Below are positions 11,035 through 21,839 of a DNA stretch of 64,000 nt, piece by piece. The stretch's first letter is position 1. Every line of letters begins with the position of its first letter. The translations under genes and the position numbers were made by a program. The stretch spans positions 1-64,000 of the forward strand of contig CBFGJV010000008.1 of the NCBI GenBank assembly GCA_965649205.1, given 5' to 3'. This DNA comes from a candidate division WOR-3 bacterium (GTDB lineage Bacteria; Hydrothermota; Tepidihabitantia; Tepidihabitantales; Tepidihabitantaceae). Under the pieces are notes generated by a model. It was not told the DNA's origin and did not search any database. It worked only from the letters and a program-made list of their open reading frames with translations.

Positions 11035-11969
11035 TCTACCCACGCTATCAATTCCCGGCAGTATTCTTCGTCCAGACCTGCCTGCTTTGCCGCATAAAGC
11101 TGCCGCAGGTTGGTGATTTCGTTTTCCCGGTACACATAGAATCCAACCAGTGGTTCATACCCGAAGGTGATATATCTTGCTTTCTTCACATAGGCAAGTT
11201 CCATCTCGCGCCCCAGTCTTTCCATTCTCACCATGCTGCTGCGTTGCTGTGCCCAACCCACGCCCTCTTCTACCATCCGACGAAAAGGAGTAAGTCGAAA
11301 GCGCGCCATTACCAGGTCCCACTCCCGAGCCAAGAGGTCCAGAAATACCAGGGGCTTCAGCGTCCCGCCAGGCAGAAGACTACGCTCCAATACCCTGCGG
11401 TCGCCCCCGAATAGCTTGCACCGCACAAGTGTCTGTAGGTTACGCACATCTGCCCGCAGAGAAAAAAATCCAAGAAGAAATCGGCTGGGCTGGCACAACT
11501 GCATTACCAACTCCTGTTCCAGACGGTCGATAGCCTGGTCAATCTCCTCCGGGTCCGTCTGCTGCGCACACACCTGCTCCCAGCGCTGAATATCTGGTAT
11601 GAAATCAGCTGTGGGCCAGAGTTTATCTGGAGCTGGTTCGGTCCCAAGCAACCGGTGTCTGCAGATAACTTTTTGGTTATGCGCAAACGCGGCCAGGCGA
11701 AATGTATCTACTACCCAGCGATCCAGACAGTAATTGGAAAAAAATACAAAGTTGTCCCGCGCAGCTCGCTCCAGCGCCGTTTCCACAGATACCTCAACTT
11801 CTCCCAAGTAAGCAGCATAAGGAGTATCGCCCAGTGCTTGACGGAAATCTGCAGGGCTGGCGACCCGCACCAGCCGGTCATAACGGGGTCGGTCCAGGAA
11901 TTGGGCTTCCAAGGCCCTTGTTCGGCCCAGAGCAAAACCGTAAGCAGTGTCAGGAATCTTCTTGCTCAC
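11031..11969 (-). CDS. V/A-type ATP synthase subunit C (AC39 family)
   Basis: YGFALGRTRALE, LGDTPYA, FGYEPLVGFYVYRENEITNLR; likely start GTG 11969 because the TTG at 12029 lies in a TTGACA -35. Confidence 0.85.
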   Translation of the reverse strand: MSKKIPDTAYGFALGRTRALEAQFLDRPRYDRLVRVASPADFRQALGDTPYAAYLGEVEVSVETALERAARDNFVFFSNYCLDRWVVDTFRLAAFAHNQKVICRHRLLGTEPAPDKLWPTADFIPDIQRWEQVCAQQTDPEEIDQAIDRLEQELVMQLCQPSRFLLGFFSLRADVRNLQTLVRCKLFGGDRRVLERSLLPGGTLKPLVFLDLLAREWDLVMARFRLTPFRRMVEEGVGWAQQRSSMVRMERLGREMELAYVKKARYITFGYEPLVGFYVYRENEITNLRQLYAAKQAGLDEEYCRELIAWVE

Positions 11970-12000
11970 TTGCGCATCACAGCAAATCTCAGGAACAAGT

Positions 12001-12081
12001 ACTATAGACGTTACTCCCCGCTCTGTCAACCATACCCGGTGCTCCGGCCGCGCTTGACAGGTTCAAGGCTCGTCCTATTAT
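12001..12081. promoter_or_regulatory. Divergent promoters: TTGACA-N17-TATAGT (-) and TTGACA-N16-TATTAT (+)
   Basis: Minus: 12029-12024 and 12006-12001; plus: 12054-12059 and 12076-12081, with GTG 6 nt downstream. Confidence 0.65.
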
Positions 12082-12087
12082 CGCCGC

Positions 12088-13524
12088 GTGCGCTTCGCCG
12101 ACCGTTTACTGCTGTGGCTAGGGGTAATAGTCTATGTTCTCTCCTTCGTCATCTTCTTTCCCCGACAACCCACCATTGTAGATGAAAATGAGTATCTGAG
12201 CCTGGCGCTGGTTTTTCGGTCTGGTCATATCACCTACGATGCATCTGGCATCCCCGCTTCCAACCTGGCGGTGCCGACGGGAAATCGCCTCGCTTCTAAG
12301 TATCCACCTGGCAACTCTGTCTTTCTTGTTCCTTTTACTTTTACTTTTCTGGGTTGGCGGGCAGTTTTCCTTTCCGGGCTACTGTTAGCTCTTTGTGGTA
12401 CGCTTCTTTTTTATCTTGTCCTAAAACAATTAACACCTGATCCACAGCCATCCCTGCCGCTGTTGTATCTTTTTTACCCTGCCGTAGTTCTGTTTTCCCG
12501 CACAGTGATGAGCGATTTATTGTCGGCCACCCTGATTCTTGCATCTTTTCTTTTTTCTCTTCCACCAAGTGAAAATCGAGCCTTACTTTTGTCTTTCCAC
12601 GCGTTTGTCTCGGGCTGTCTATTCGGCTTCGCCTGTCTTGTACGCTATTCTTCGGCCATCCTTTTGCCTGGATTCCTGCTGTTTTTTTTCGTCCCCCCCA
12701 GGCAAAAATTACTTGACACGGTCCTCTTTTTTGCCGGTCTCTTTCCCTTTGCTCTTGTCGCTCTGCTTTACAATCATTTCGCCTATGGCGGGCCTTTACG
12801 GTTCCCTATGTACCTGACCGGGACTTTCTCTCTCAGCTTTTTCCCGCGTAACTTTCCCTACTACGCCCTCACTCTTCTGACCCTTTATCCCCTGATGCTT
12901 TTGGCTCCCTTTGCCATCCGGGACCGACGTCACCTGTTGTTAGCTTTCCCGGCCTATTCGCTTCTTCTGTTCTACTCTTTTTTTTCCTATACCAGTCTTA
13001 AATACCCCCTGCCGGTACGTGCCCTGATAGACCTGCGCTATCTCCTTCCTGCCCTGCCCTTTTTTCTCCTAGCATATGCCTCAGTTCTTGTGCAGCTGGA
13101 AAAACGTCACTCCTTTCTGCAGCAAGTGCGACTTGGCGCAACATCTCTGCTCATCGCAGCTGGAGTTTTCCTGCACTACCGGCATGACCGCCATCTGGCC
13201 CTACAGGAGCAATATCGCCGCCAGCTGCTGAAGGTTATACCTCAGGAAGCCCTGGTAATCGGCAATGCCGATGTCCTAAAATTGCTGCATCCTGCTTGGG
13301 GATGGCGCGACTCTCGGCTTCTCGCAAAACACGGAGTTCCTCTTCCGCTAGACTCTGCTATTTCTAGTCGGGATACAGTGTATGCCGCTTTGTTGCAGAC
13401 CAGACGCGACCCGGTAGAGCTGACGGCATTTTACGCCTTGCTGTCCCGTTTTCCCTCTGCTGTCCTTGTAACTTCCCGTACCAGCCCGTATCTGTTCCTG
13501 GTTTTCCGGCTGAAACCGGACTAA
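12088..13524 (+). CDS. Integral membrane glycosyltransferase, GT-C fold (ArnT/PMT-like)
   Basis: DENEY after the first TM, SKYPPG, about 11 TM segments, RYLLP motif. Confidence 0.75.
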   Translation: MRFADRLLLWLGVIVYVLSFVIFFPRQPTIVDENEYLSLALVFRSGHITYDASGIPASNLAVPTGNRLASKYPPGNSVFLVPFTFTFLGWRAVFLSGLLLALCGTLLFYLVLKQLTPDPQPSLPLLYLFYPAVVLFSRTVMSDLLSATLILASFLFSLPPSENRALLLSFHAFVSGCLFGFACLVRYSSAILLPGFLLFFFVPPRQKLLDTVLFFAGLFPFALVALLYNHFAYGGPLRFPMYLTGTFSLSFFPRNFPYYALTLLTLYPLMLLAPFAIRDRRHLLLAFPAYSLLLFYSFFSYTSLKYPLPVRALIDLRYLLPALPFFLLAYASVLVQLEKRHSFLQQVRLGATSLLIAAGVFLHYRHDRHLALQEQYRRQLLKVIPQEALVIGNADVLKLLHPAWGWRDSRLLAKHGVPLPLDSAISSRDTVYAALLQTRRDPVELTAFYALLSRFPSAVLVTSRTSPYLFLVFRLKPD

Positions 13525-14144
13525 GCCGGCTTCTCCGCCTGTTCTGGCTCTACTCTCGGGTATCCAGCAACCCGCCACACAGATGCAACTCGACGCCGGC
13601 GGCGCACAAGATTAGCCCATACATACGTCACGACAATCACCGTCGCAAACAAACCATAGGAACCAAGTACTACGCCTGCTATCTGATATGCCTGCAGGAC
13701 TGGCGGCGTAGTCTCTACAAGCAGAACCACCCAGAAAGCATATGCCGCCAAAGCTACAGCAAACACGATAAGGTCCACCACCAAGTTACCCGAAAGGACA
13801 AAAGGAAAAGGACTTGGAGAAAGGTATCGTAGATAACCCGTCGGCTCACTCGGCTTATCTGCAGCCAATACCGCCTCGAACAGAACTTGTCCCCGCTGCG
13901 CCAGAGCAGCCAGCACACAGGCAAGGGCCGCAAACACCAGGGCGAATATCGCTGGCCGAAAGGCATAAAAGTGAACCAACGGCTCTGCCTGCGGTTGCTC
14001 GGCAGTAAGGGGAAAGCGAATAAGAATACCCGGCCCGAAAGCGCAATAAAGCAGAAGTGCACAGGAAAAAAACACCCGCAGGTAGGCGTTTGTTCGCAAG
14101 GCCCGATCAAGTTCCCAGCGATAACCGCTTTCGGGTTGCTCCAC
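13521..14144 (-). CDS. Hypothetical membrane protein (about 4 TM)
   Basis: Hydrophobic segments; follows the upstream minus-strand gene closely. Confidence 0.6.
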   Translation of the reverse strand: MEQPESGYRWELDRALRTNAYLRVFFSCALLLYCAFGPGILIRFPLTAEQPQAEPLVHFYAFRPAIFALVFAALACVLAALAQRGQVLFEAVLAADKPSEPTGYLRYLSPSPFPFVLSGNLVVDLIVFAVALAAYAFWVVLLVETTPPVLQAYQIAGVVLGSYGLFATVIVVTYVWANLVRRRRRVASVWRVAGYPRVEPEQAEKPA

Positions 14145-14156
14145 TGGTTTCTTCCT

Positions 14157-15356
14157 TTATGTCCTACGTATTTCGACGGAGAGTTGCACCAACACCCCGA
14201 AACCAACAGCTAGAGAAAACAACCAGACCATACCGCCGATGTAAGGCACTGCACTCAAGGCATAGAGCAACAATATGCCCACCGGCGCCGTAAGCCAAAG
14301 AGAAGCTCCTGCTCCGCCAAACAGACGAAAGAGCATCCGCCCGCAGAACATTCCCGCCAATATCCTGGCCAGATAAAGCAGGAAAAGGTAGAAAAGCAAA
14401 CCGACTATTCCCAGCGGGATGGTAACTACTAATACCAGAGAAATAATCAGTACTGCTGGCAAAGCCAGCATGACAAGAGCTCCCACGCCCAATCTGCGTC
14501 CAAATTGCAACCCATAGGCATCAAATACCCGTCCTAACATCATCCGCGCCACAGCTGTCAGTATGAGCCCGGCCACCAAGGCACTGATTACCCAGATTAA
14601 GGAAAAAGGCGGCATGCGCAGTAAGAACCATCCCCGTCTCCCGCCCGCGGCTTCCGTCACCCCCGTCGGCCTCGGCAGTCGACGAACGTACTTTATTTCC
14701 CCAAACACAGCATCCCGGTTGCCCAAGTCCTGCTCAAAATCGGATTTGTAAATAAGCGACCCGAATATGCGAGCATCCTTGGTCAACACCAGCCTCGTTC
14801 CCACCTGCGCAATCAGGTCTCCATCTATAATGCCGGAAACTATCACCTCGCTTGCCGCGGCTCTTACGTCGCCGTGCACCGTACCGTTTATGTTCAACGT
14901 AGCGCAAGCGACCAGTACATCGCCCGCTATCTCCGCATTGCGACCAAGGGTGAGGTCTCTGCATACCACCAAAAGGTCTTTCCCCACGCGGGAATCTACA
15001 GAAACAACCCCGGCCGCACACCGTACCGCACCAGAAACCGGGCCGCCCAAGTGCATGCTCAGACAAAGGGCCAGAAGGTCGCCTTGCACCGCGCCAGACA
15101 AATCCACCGTCTGACAGCACAAAAAAACATTCTTGGTAACAAAACCAGAGATAGCAGCCGACTGACACATCGCGCTGATAGAACCCTCCACCCGACCGTC
15201 AACGCGGAGAGCATTGCCTGCGTAATACAGGTCATCTGTCTGGATCTCTTCCTTGAGTAGAGTAAAACTGCTTCCCGATTCCAATCGGGCTGCCCAGGAG
15301 CTGGAGAGGGCAAACAACATACAGACCACAAGACGAGAACTAACCGAGTATTTCAT
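14157..15356 (-). CDS. Polymer-forming cytoskeletal (bactofilin-like beta-helix) protein with C-terminal TM bundle
   Basis: Signal peptide from ATG 15356; repeated I.G.V.GD units; about 5 C-terminal TMs. Confidence 0.75.
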   Translation of the reverse strand: MKYSVSSRLVVCMLFALSSSWAARLESGSSFTLLKEEIQTDDLYYAGNALRVDGRVEGSISAMCQSAAISGFVTKNVFLCCQTVDLSGAVQGDLLALCLSMHLGGPVSGAVRCAAGVVSVDSRVGKDLLVVCRDLTLGRNAEIAGDVLVACATLNINGTVHGDVRAAASEVIVSGIIDGDLIAQVGTRLVLTKDARIFGSLIYKSDFEQDLGNRDAVFGEIKYVRRLPRPTGVTEAAGGRRGWFLLRMPPFSLIWVISALVAGLILTAVARMMLGRVFDAYGLQFGRRLGVGALVMLALPAVLIISLVLVVTIPLGIVGLLFYLFLLYLARILAGMFCGRMLFRLFGGAGASLWLTAPVGILLLYALSAVPYIGGMVWLFSLAVGFGVLVQLSVEIRRT

Positions 15357-15510
15357 CCTGTGTTTCCCCGTGAGTGTTAACAACCTTATTTTCATCAAAA
15401 GAGGTTGCCATAGTGTACTTGGACGCTGCGCTAACATAGCGTAAAACAGGCCCAAAGTCAAAAAACTACCCGCCTTGACTTTCTCTCTATCCTCAGGAGC
15501 ATTGTAACAA

Positions 15511-16779
15511 ATGGATAAGTTTCTCATCACCGGTGGTAGAGCCCTACGAGGCGATGTCTCCGTAAGCAGTGCTAAAAACTCTGTTCTCCCGCTCCTCGCT
15601 GCCTGTCTGCTTACCGAAGAAAAATGTGTGATTGAAGCGGTTCCACATTTGGACGACGTAACCACTATGACTCAACTGCTACGTTCCATGGGGGTAAAAA
15701 TCTGTCGTCGCGGTCGTGCGTTGGAAGTGGAAGCTTCCGGCAAAATAGAAGCCGAAGCACCGTACGATATAGTGCGACGGATGCGAGCAAGTTACTACGT
15801 ATTAGGCCCGCTTGTGGCCAGATTCGGCCAGGCCCACGTTTCTCTCCCCGGTGGATGCGCTATAGGTGCGCGACCAGTTGATCTTCACATCCGGGGCATT
15901 AGCGCTCTGGGCGCACAGGTAAAACTGGAACACGGCTACATTACCGCCCGCAGCTCCAAGACTAGACTGCAGGGAACCTCCATACTGCTGTCTGGCCCCC
16001 GGGGGCCAAGTGTGGGCGCTACTATCAACACGATGATGGCGGCTGTGCTCTGCAAGGGAGAAACAGTGCTGCACGATGCCGCAGTTGAACCGGAAGTGGT
16101 GGATGTGGCAGGATTCTTAAACGCCATGGGTGCGCGCATAACTGGTGCGGGGACGCCGACTGTGCACATCAGGGGTGTACGCCAACTTTCTGGTGCCCGC
16201 TGGAGACCCATACCCGACCGGATCGAAGCAGGCACCCTAGCCGTTGCTGCCGCTATCACCCGCGGCGCAGTAGAGATAAGAAACTGTCGCCCGGACCATC
16301 TGACTGTACCCCTAGAAACCCTCCGTCGGGCCGGAACAAAAGTGGAAACTGCCCGTAATTCTCTCTTTGTGAGTGCGCGAGACCGGCCCAATTCTTTAAG
16401 CTTTTCCACCGCCCCCTACCCGGGTTTTCCCACTGACTTGCAGGCACAATTTATGGCCTTGGCCTGCCTGGCCGATGGCACCAGTGTAATAACCGAAAAC
16501 GTATTTGAAGCCCGTTTTCTTCATGCCATGGAACTGGAACGTATGGGGGCGCAAATTGCCGTCAAGGGTAATGTTGCCGTAGTGCAGGGCGTGGAACATT
16601 TATCTGCCGCCCAGGTGATGGCTTCTGATTTGCGCGCTTCGGCCGCTTTGGTTCTGGCCGGTCTATCCTGTCGAGGCAAGACTGAGCTGCTACGTGTTTA
16701 CCACCTTGACCGGGGGTATGAACGTCTGGAGTTGAAACTCAACAGGCTGGGGGCCCAAGTTGAACGTGTACGAGAATAA
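15511..16779 (+). CDS. murA: UDP-N-acetylglucosamine 1-carboxyvinyltransferase
   Basis: [43 protein letters not shown]. Confidence 0.98.
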   Translation: MDKFLITGGRALRGDVSVSSAKNSVLPLLAACLLTEEKCVIEAVPHLDDVTTMTQLLRSMGVKICRRGRALEVEASGKIEAEAPYDIVRRMRASYYVLGPLVARFGQAHVSLPGGCAIGARPVDLHIRGISALGAQVKLEHGYITARSSKTRLQGTSILLSGPRGPSVGATINTMMAAVLCKGETVLHDAAVEPEVVDVAGFLNAMGARITGAGTPTVHIRGVRQLSGARWRPIPDRIEAGTLAVAAAITRGAVEIRNCRPDHLTVPLETLRRAGTKVETARNSLFVSARDRPNSLSFSTAPYPGFPTDLQAQFMALACLADGTSVITENVFEARFLHAMELERMGAQIAVKGNVAVVQGVEHLSAAQVMASDLRASAALVLAGLSCRGKTELLRVYHLDRGYERLELKLNRLGAQVERVRE

Positions 16780-17902
16780 TCAAAGAGTAAAAAAGACCCT
16801 TCCTGTCCGCATCGGCTCTCTGGTTATAGGTGGCGGTGCGCCTGTGGCCGTTCAGTCCATGACCAAAACATCTACCGCTGATGTTACAGCCACAGTACGT
16901 CAGATCCGACGGTTGGAAAAGATGGGTTGCGAACTGGTTAGGGTAGCCGTTCCCGACCATAGGGCAGCTGCTGCCCTTCCCGAAATCAGGAAAAGAGTAA
17001 AGCTCCCCCTCTGTGCAGACATTCACTTCGACCACCGGCTGGCACTAGCTGCGCTCGCCGCCGGATTCGACAAGATTCGCATCAACCCTGGAAACATAGG
17101 TGGTTCTGCCCGAATAAAAGAAATTATACAGGCTGCAGCCGATAGAGGTGCAGCTATCCGCATCGGTGTAAACTCCGGCTCTCTGGAAAAAGAAGTTTTC
17201 CGTCGCTACGGACACCCCACGCCCCAGGCGCTTTGCGACAGTCTGGAAAAAAGCTTGGAGTTCTTCGTGCGCGCTGGTTTCACTTCTCTAGTACTGTCTG
17301 CCAAAACCACCTCTGTCCTAGACACCATCACCACCTATAAAGAATTGTCCCGACGGTTTCCGTATCCCTTGCATTTGGGTCTTACTGAAGCCGGGCTGCC
17401 TTTTGAAGGTTCCATTCGTTCCGTGGCCGCGCTTACGCCCCTGCTTCTAGCGGGTATCGGCGATACCTTGCGAATCTCCCTGACCGGCGACCCGGTACTG
17501 GAAGTTTTGGCCGCTTGGGAATTGCTCGCTGCTCTAGGCCTGCGGCAGAAAAAACCTCTTATATATTCCTGCCCAACCTGTGGCCGCACGCGTACAGATA
17601 TGATCAACCTTACCAGAAAAGTCAAAAAAGCAATCGATCGGCTTCTCCTGCGAGAACCCGGAGTAAAAATTGCAGTAATGGGGTGTGTAGTGAACGGACC
17701 GGGCGAAGCACGCGAGGCAGACTTTGGCATCGCTTGCGGCAGAAGCAGGGGAGCTGTCTTCTGTCGTGGCCAGGTAGTAGGAACATATCCAGAGAAAAGA
17801 CTGGTGGAAAAACTGGTGGAGGTTATTCTCTCCTCTCAAACGGTTAAAAGTTCCTCAACTCTCTCTGCGTCTCTCCGGCACCCAGTTGACAATGAAAGCT
17901 AG
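16760..17902 (+). CDS. ispG: (E)-4-hydroxy-3-methylbut-2-enyl-diphosphate synthase
   Basis: VQSMT, ADIHF, RINPGN, RIGVNSGS, CPTCGR, MGCVVNGPGE. Confidence 0.97.
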   Translation: MNVYENNQRVKKTLPVRIGSLVIGGGAPVAVQSMTKTSTADVTATVRQIRRLEKMGCELVRVAVPDHRAAAALPEIRKRVKLPLCADIHFDHRLALAALAAGFDKIRINPGNIGGSARIKEIIQAAADRGAAIRIGVNSGSLEKEVFRRYGHPTPQALCDSLEKSLEFFVRAGFTSLVLSAKTTSVLDTITTYKELSRRFPYPLHLGLTEAGLPFEGSIRSVAALTPLLLAGIGDTLRISLTGDPVLEVLAAWELLAALGLRQKKPLIYSCPTCGRTRTDMINLTRKVKKAIDRLLLREPGVKIAVMGCVVNGPGEAREADFGIACGRSRGAVFCRGQVVGTYPEKRLVEKLVEVILSSQTVKSSSTLSASLRHPVDNES

Positions 17903-19349
17903 TCAGCTTCTTCTCTTTCCTTTTTTTCTGCTCTTGATATTGTTTCTGTTATTTCCTGTTTTTTCCTCTGCCTGTACTATCGGCGCCTTTGGCCCTAGCT
18001 CAACTTGGGACGGAAGGCCCATACTCTGGAAGAACCGGGACGTAAAAAACGAATTACAAGCTATGCTCTATTCTTCCCGGGGACGCTATCGATTTATAGC
18101 CAACGTGTACGCGGGCGAGACGCTTGATGTGTGGGCTGGAATCAATGAAGCCGGGTTCGCCATAATGAACTCCAATTCCTACAACATTGGCGGGAAAACG
18201 TCAGCTGACGCCAGAGATGATGACGGCCTGGTAATGCGCCTAGCCCTAGAAAACTGCGCCACGGTGGATGACTTTGCTCGCTTACTTGACTCCCTTAATA
18301 GAATAGGCCGTGAAACACCTGCTAACTACGGCGTGTTTGACGCCACCGGAAGGACGGCAATCTTTGAAGCTGCCAACACTTACTACCGCCGATATGATGC
18401 CGACCAGGAATCGCTCGACATGCTCATAAGGGCCAACTATTCCTACCATGGCAATCCGGCCAGACAGACAGGAAAGGCCCGACATGACCGGGCCTGGCAG
18501 CTTGCTGCGCCGGTCGCCAGAAAACAGGGCATCAGTCCGGAATTTGTAGCCACTGTCCTTGCGCCGGATATGGGTACACCCGATTTTGACCCCTATCCTT
18601 TGCCCTTCCGCAACAATTGCGGTGACCTTCCCTACGGTTACATCCCCTCTGACACCACCATTTGCCGTACAACTACACGCTCAGTCCAGATTCTGGTCGG
18701 AAACAAACCTGGTCAAGACCCGGCAGGGGGAATGATGTTCATACTGCTCGGTCCCCCAGAGACTTCCCTGCCAATTCCCCTGTGGGTGGCCGCAGAAGAA
18801 GTGCCCTTGGCCCTGACCGGTAAAGAACGTTCGCGAATTTGTGACGAAGCCATAGCCCTGCGCGGCTACGTCCGTTCAGACCCTAACTATCCCACTGCCA
18901 CCAATACTTTCGCCCTGTATCGTTTGCGTCAAATGCTTGATCCGGTCGCGTACAGTATATTCGCCCAGGTACACCATTACGCCGAAACTTGGGCCGCCGG
19001 TCCGAGCAAAGAACAGGCACGGGCCATTTCCGAAGCAGCTTGTCGTACCTATCTGGCTCTGACAGAATCCTTCTGGCGTGAACTGCGGGAATCTTCACCT
19101 AATCCGCTGGGACGGTCTCCTTACTCTACCATCCTTGTCCGCGATGTCCTCACTGTCACCTTGCCCGCCCAGGCAAAACGAATGCAAGTATACGATGCCC
19201 TTGGTTCTCTCCGTGCCGAACTGACGTTGTCCGAACAGGATAAGTATCTGCGTTGGTCCCCCCGGGAATTGACGCCGGGGCGCTATTTTCTTCGCTTCGC
19301 AGGCGCCTCTGAGCAGAGCGTGTCTTTTATCTATGCGCCTCTGCGCTGA
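17892..19349 (+). CDS. Secreted Ntn-hydrolase (C45/C69-like) with degenerate T9SS-like C-terminal domain
   Basis: Signal peptide then CTIGAFG...DGRPILWKNRD (N-terminal Cys nucleophile), GINEAG; C-terminal VYDALG...GRYFLR. Confidence 0.7.
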   Translation: MKASQLLLFPFFLLLILFLLFPVFSSACTIGAFGPSSTWDGRPILWKNRDVKNELQAMLYSSRGRYRFIANVYAGETLDVWAGINEAGFAIMNSNSYNIGGKTSADARDDDGLVMRLALENCATVDDFARLLDSLNRIGRETPANYGVFDATGRTAIFEAANTYYRRYDADQESLDMLIRANYSYHGNPARQTGKARHDRAWQLAAPVARKQGISPEFVATVLAPDMGTPDFDPYPLPFRNNCGDLPYGYIPSDTTICRTTTRSVQILVGNKPGQDPAGGMMFILLGPPETSLPIPLWVAAEEVPLALTGKERSRICDEAIALRGYVRSDPNYPTATNTFALYRLRQMLDPVAYSIFAQVHHYAETWAAGPSKEQARAISEAACRTYLALTESFWRELRESSPNPLGRSPYSTILVRDVLTVTLPAQAKRMQVYDALGSLRAELTLSEQDKYLRWSPRELTPGRYFLRFAGASEQSVSFIYAPLR

Positions 19350-19911
19350 GCCGCAGTAACCGGCGACGACAGGCCAGGAGAAATTCCAGACAGACTTCTG
19401 TTCTATAGTCCGGGTAGGTCCACTCTAGCGCTCCATAATGGCCGGACCGAAAAATCAGTGTGGGTTCGGCAAAAAGAAAAGAAACAGAAAGCGAATTTTC
19501 CTCTCCGCCAGAATAGACACAAACACGATGGGCAGCATTCTTCGTAGAAATCAACACCAAATTATGCAACGTTAGAATTCCGGGGTCCAGATTGACCCGC
19601 CGCACGCTTTGAGTTTCTCCTGTATCTCTTGTGCTTAATTTTTCCTCCATCTTCAATGTGGAAAGTTTTGCTTCTACCAGATAGTCCGGCGCCACCAAGC
19701 GTTGAAAACAAACCCACGCCCGCGTCAATCCTACACCCATTTCCCGTTCATAATAGTTGGTAAAGTCAAATGGAATCTCTCGACTAGTTTCTTCAATGGG
19801 GCCGAATTTATCGGTGAGTAGGTGTTCCGCTTCTGAACGGAACGTGCGTTCACGGTACAGTAGTCCTACTACCAGCAGGGCAGTGTAGCCAACCGGTTTT
19901 CCCTTCACCAC
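19327..19911 (-). CDS. DUF4416 family protein
   Basis: FDFTNYYEREMG, RRVNLDPG, STKN..HR, WTYPDY. Confidence 0.85.
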   Translation of the reverse strand: MVKGKPVGYTALLVVGLLYRERTFRSEAEHLLTDKFGPIEETSREIPFDFTNYYEREMGVGLTRAWVCFQRLVAPDYLVEAKLSTLKMEEKLSTRDTGETQSVRRVNLDPGILTLHNLVLISTKNAAHRVCVYSGGEENSLSVSFLFAEPTLIFRSGHYGALEWTYPDYRTEVCLEFLLACRRRLLRLSAEAHR

Positions 19912-19916
19912 CTAAT

Positions 19917-20579
19917 TTATTGTTCCGGTTCCTTTTGCTCTGCTTCTATCTGCCCCTTCTCCTGCTCAGCTAGAAAAGCACCTATCTCTTCAATGGGTGG
20001 TAAGGCGTCAAGCGACTCCAGGCCGAAGTAACGGAGAAACTCGCGGGTCGTACGATAAAGAAATGGATTACCTGGCCGGTGCGCCCGACCAGCAGTAGTA
20101 ATCAGTCTGCGCTCCAAAAGAGTAACCAGAGGACCAGCACAGTCTACGCCCCGCAGTTTTTCAATCTCTGACCGCGTCACTGGCTGCCGATAAGCAATAA
20201 TAGCCAGCACCTCCAAGGCTGGGCCCGAAAGGCGCTGCGTATAACTTCGACGATAGAGTCGACGTACCAGAGGTGCGTACTCCGGTAAGGTGTAAAGCTG
20301 ATATCCTTGTGCCACCTTATGTACCCGGAAACTACGCCCAGTTTCCTCGTAAATGCGGTTCAACTCGTTTACGCCATTATCCACCGTGTCAGCATCGACC
20401 CCCAGAAGCTCCGCTGCCCGGGTGGAGGTTATCGGGGCACCTGACGAAAAAAGCAGGGTTTCCAGTGCCTGTAACTCCCGCAAAGAAGATGGCGCAGTAG
20501 AAGAAGCTGCCGGCGCTCTGGTTTGCTCTTCTGTTGTGCTCAACTCGATTGTGTTCTCGCCTTCCTCCTGCTTTCCCAT
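19917..20579 (-). CDS. scpB: SMC-Scp complex subunit ScpB
   Basis: LETLLF, LEVLAIIAYRQPVTRSEIEKLRGV, Y.TT..FL.YFGL. Confidence 0.95.
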   Translation of the reverse strand: MGKQEEGENTIELSTTEEQTRAPAASSTAPSSLRELQALETLLFSSGAPITSTRAAELLGVDADTVDNGVNELNRIYEETGRSFRVHKVAQGYQLYTLPEYAPLVRRLYRRSYTQRLSGPALEVLAIIAYRQPVTRSEIEKLRGVDCAGPLVTLLERRLITTAGRAHRPGNPFLYRTTREFLRYFGLESLDALPPIEEIGAFLAEQEKGQIEAEQKEPEQ

Positions 20580-21839
20580 CTACTTCTTCCTCAACTTGAA
20601 TCTAGACATAAGGGCCGCAACCGCTACGTGCAGGTCCTCGCTGGCCATAAAACAAGTCAGCCTTGTCTCCGAACTAGCAAAAGCGCTCAAGTGAACACCA
20701 ACCCCGTGCAATGCTTCCAACACACCGGCCATTATTTCTGTGTCCGAACCCACTCCCGGTCCGACGACCGATACTGAACACACATCCTCAGCAATCTCTA
20801 CTCGTCTAGCCCCCGCTTCTTTTGCCGCCTTGTGCAATATGTCTGCAACCTGAATCAGATGCTGTTTGGCTACCACAAAATTGAGATCAAACTTGCCATC
20901 CGCGGGCACGCCATGGTAGAAGAGCACCGGCGGCACCCTGGCCTCGGCTAAACGGGTTACCACCTGGTGCAGACACCGTTTCTTCTTCGGCATTCCCAGC
21001 AGGGCGATGCTGGTCAGATTATGTTCATGAGTAAGGGCCCGGACAAATGCTTTCTCTAGCGGCATTCCGTTTTCGGCCCTCTGTGTCTTCCGCTTTCTCG
21101 CTTTTGTACTTCCCACGATAGTTCCTCTCTTTCCATCAAAAGACGACCTGATTACCAGGGGGACTCGGTATTTCTCTGCCAGAGCACAGGCCCGAGGGTG
21201 GATTATTTGCGCGCCAGAACCAGCAAGTTCCAACAGCTCTTCATAACTCAACTCCGGTACAAAACGGGCAAAAGGAAATTCCCTGGGGTTCTCCGTAAAA
21301 ACGCCAGGAACATCCTTGTACAGCTCGCACCGACTGGCACGCAGAACCGCAGCCAGAGCTACGGCAGTTACATCCGAACCTCCCCGGCCTAAGGTAGTTA
21401 CCTCACGGTCTAGGCTCACCCCTTGGAAACCGGCAACGATGGGTATTTTCCCGGCACGCAGTGCAGTCCGCAGTCGCTCACCCCTAATTTCCTGAATCCG
21501 TGCATCGGCATGAAACCGGTCGGTAATGATACCTACCTGCGAACCAGTCAAAGAAACTGCTCTTCCACCTAACTCAATAATAGCTAGCGCCAACAAAGCC
21601 ATTGTTTCTCTTTCTCCAGTGGAGAGCAGCATATCTAGCTCTCTCCGGGCTGGTCGCGCGGACACAGCCAAAGCCATTTCTTGTAGTTCGTCGGTCCTTT
21701 TTCCCATAGCGGACACCACCACTACTACTCTGGTGCCGTCCCTGGTTGTCTCGACCACGCGTTTAGCAACCTGCCGAATTCGTTCCAGATCGGCTACCGA
21801 AGTCCCTCCGTATTTCTGGACAACTATCGATCTCCTCAT
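20580..21839 (-). CDS. lysC: Aspartate kinase
   Basis: [26 protein letters not shown]-terminal ACT domains; ATG 21839 overlaps the upstream stop. Confidence 0.93.
   Translation of the reverse strand: MRRSIVVQKYGGTSVADLERIRQVAKRVVETTRDGTRVVVVVSAMGKRTDELQEMALAVSARPARRELDMLLSTGERETMALLALAIIELGGRAVSLTGSQVGIITDRFHADARIQEIRGERLRTALRAGKIPIVAGFQGVSLDREVTTLGRGGSDVTAVALAAVLRASRCELYKDVPGVFTENPREFPFARFVPELSYEELLELAGSGAQIIHPRACALAEKYRVPLVIRSSFDGKRGTIVGSTKARKRKTQRAENGMPLEKAFVRALTHEHNLTSIALLGMPKKKRCLHQVVTRLAEARVPPVLFYHGVPADGKFDLNFVVAKQHLIQVADILHKAAKEAGARRVEIAEDVCSVSVVGPGVGSDTEIMAGVLEALHGVGVHLSAFASSETRLTCFMASEDLHVAVAALMSRFKLRKK

Noticed and set aside
14157..15665. Full-length 502-aa ORF start
   Set aside because: Overlaps murA on the opposite strand; the signal peptide begins at ATG 15356
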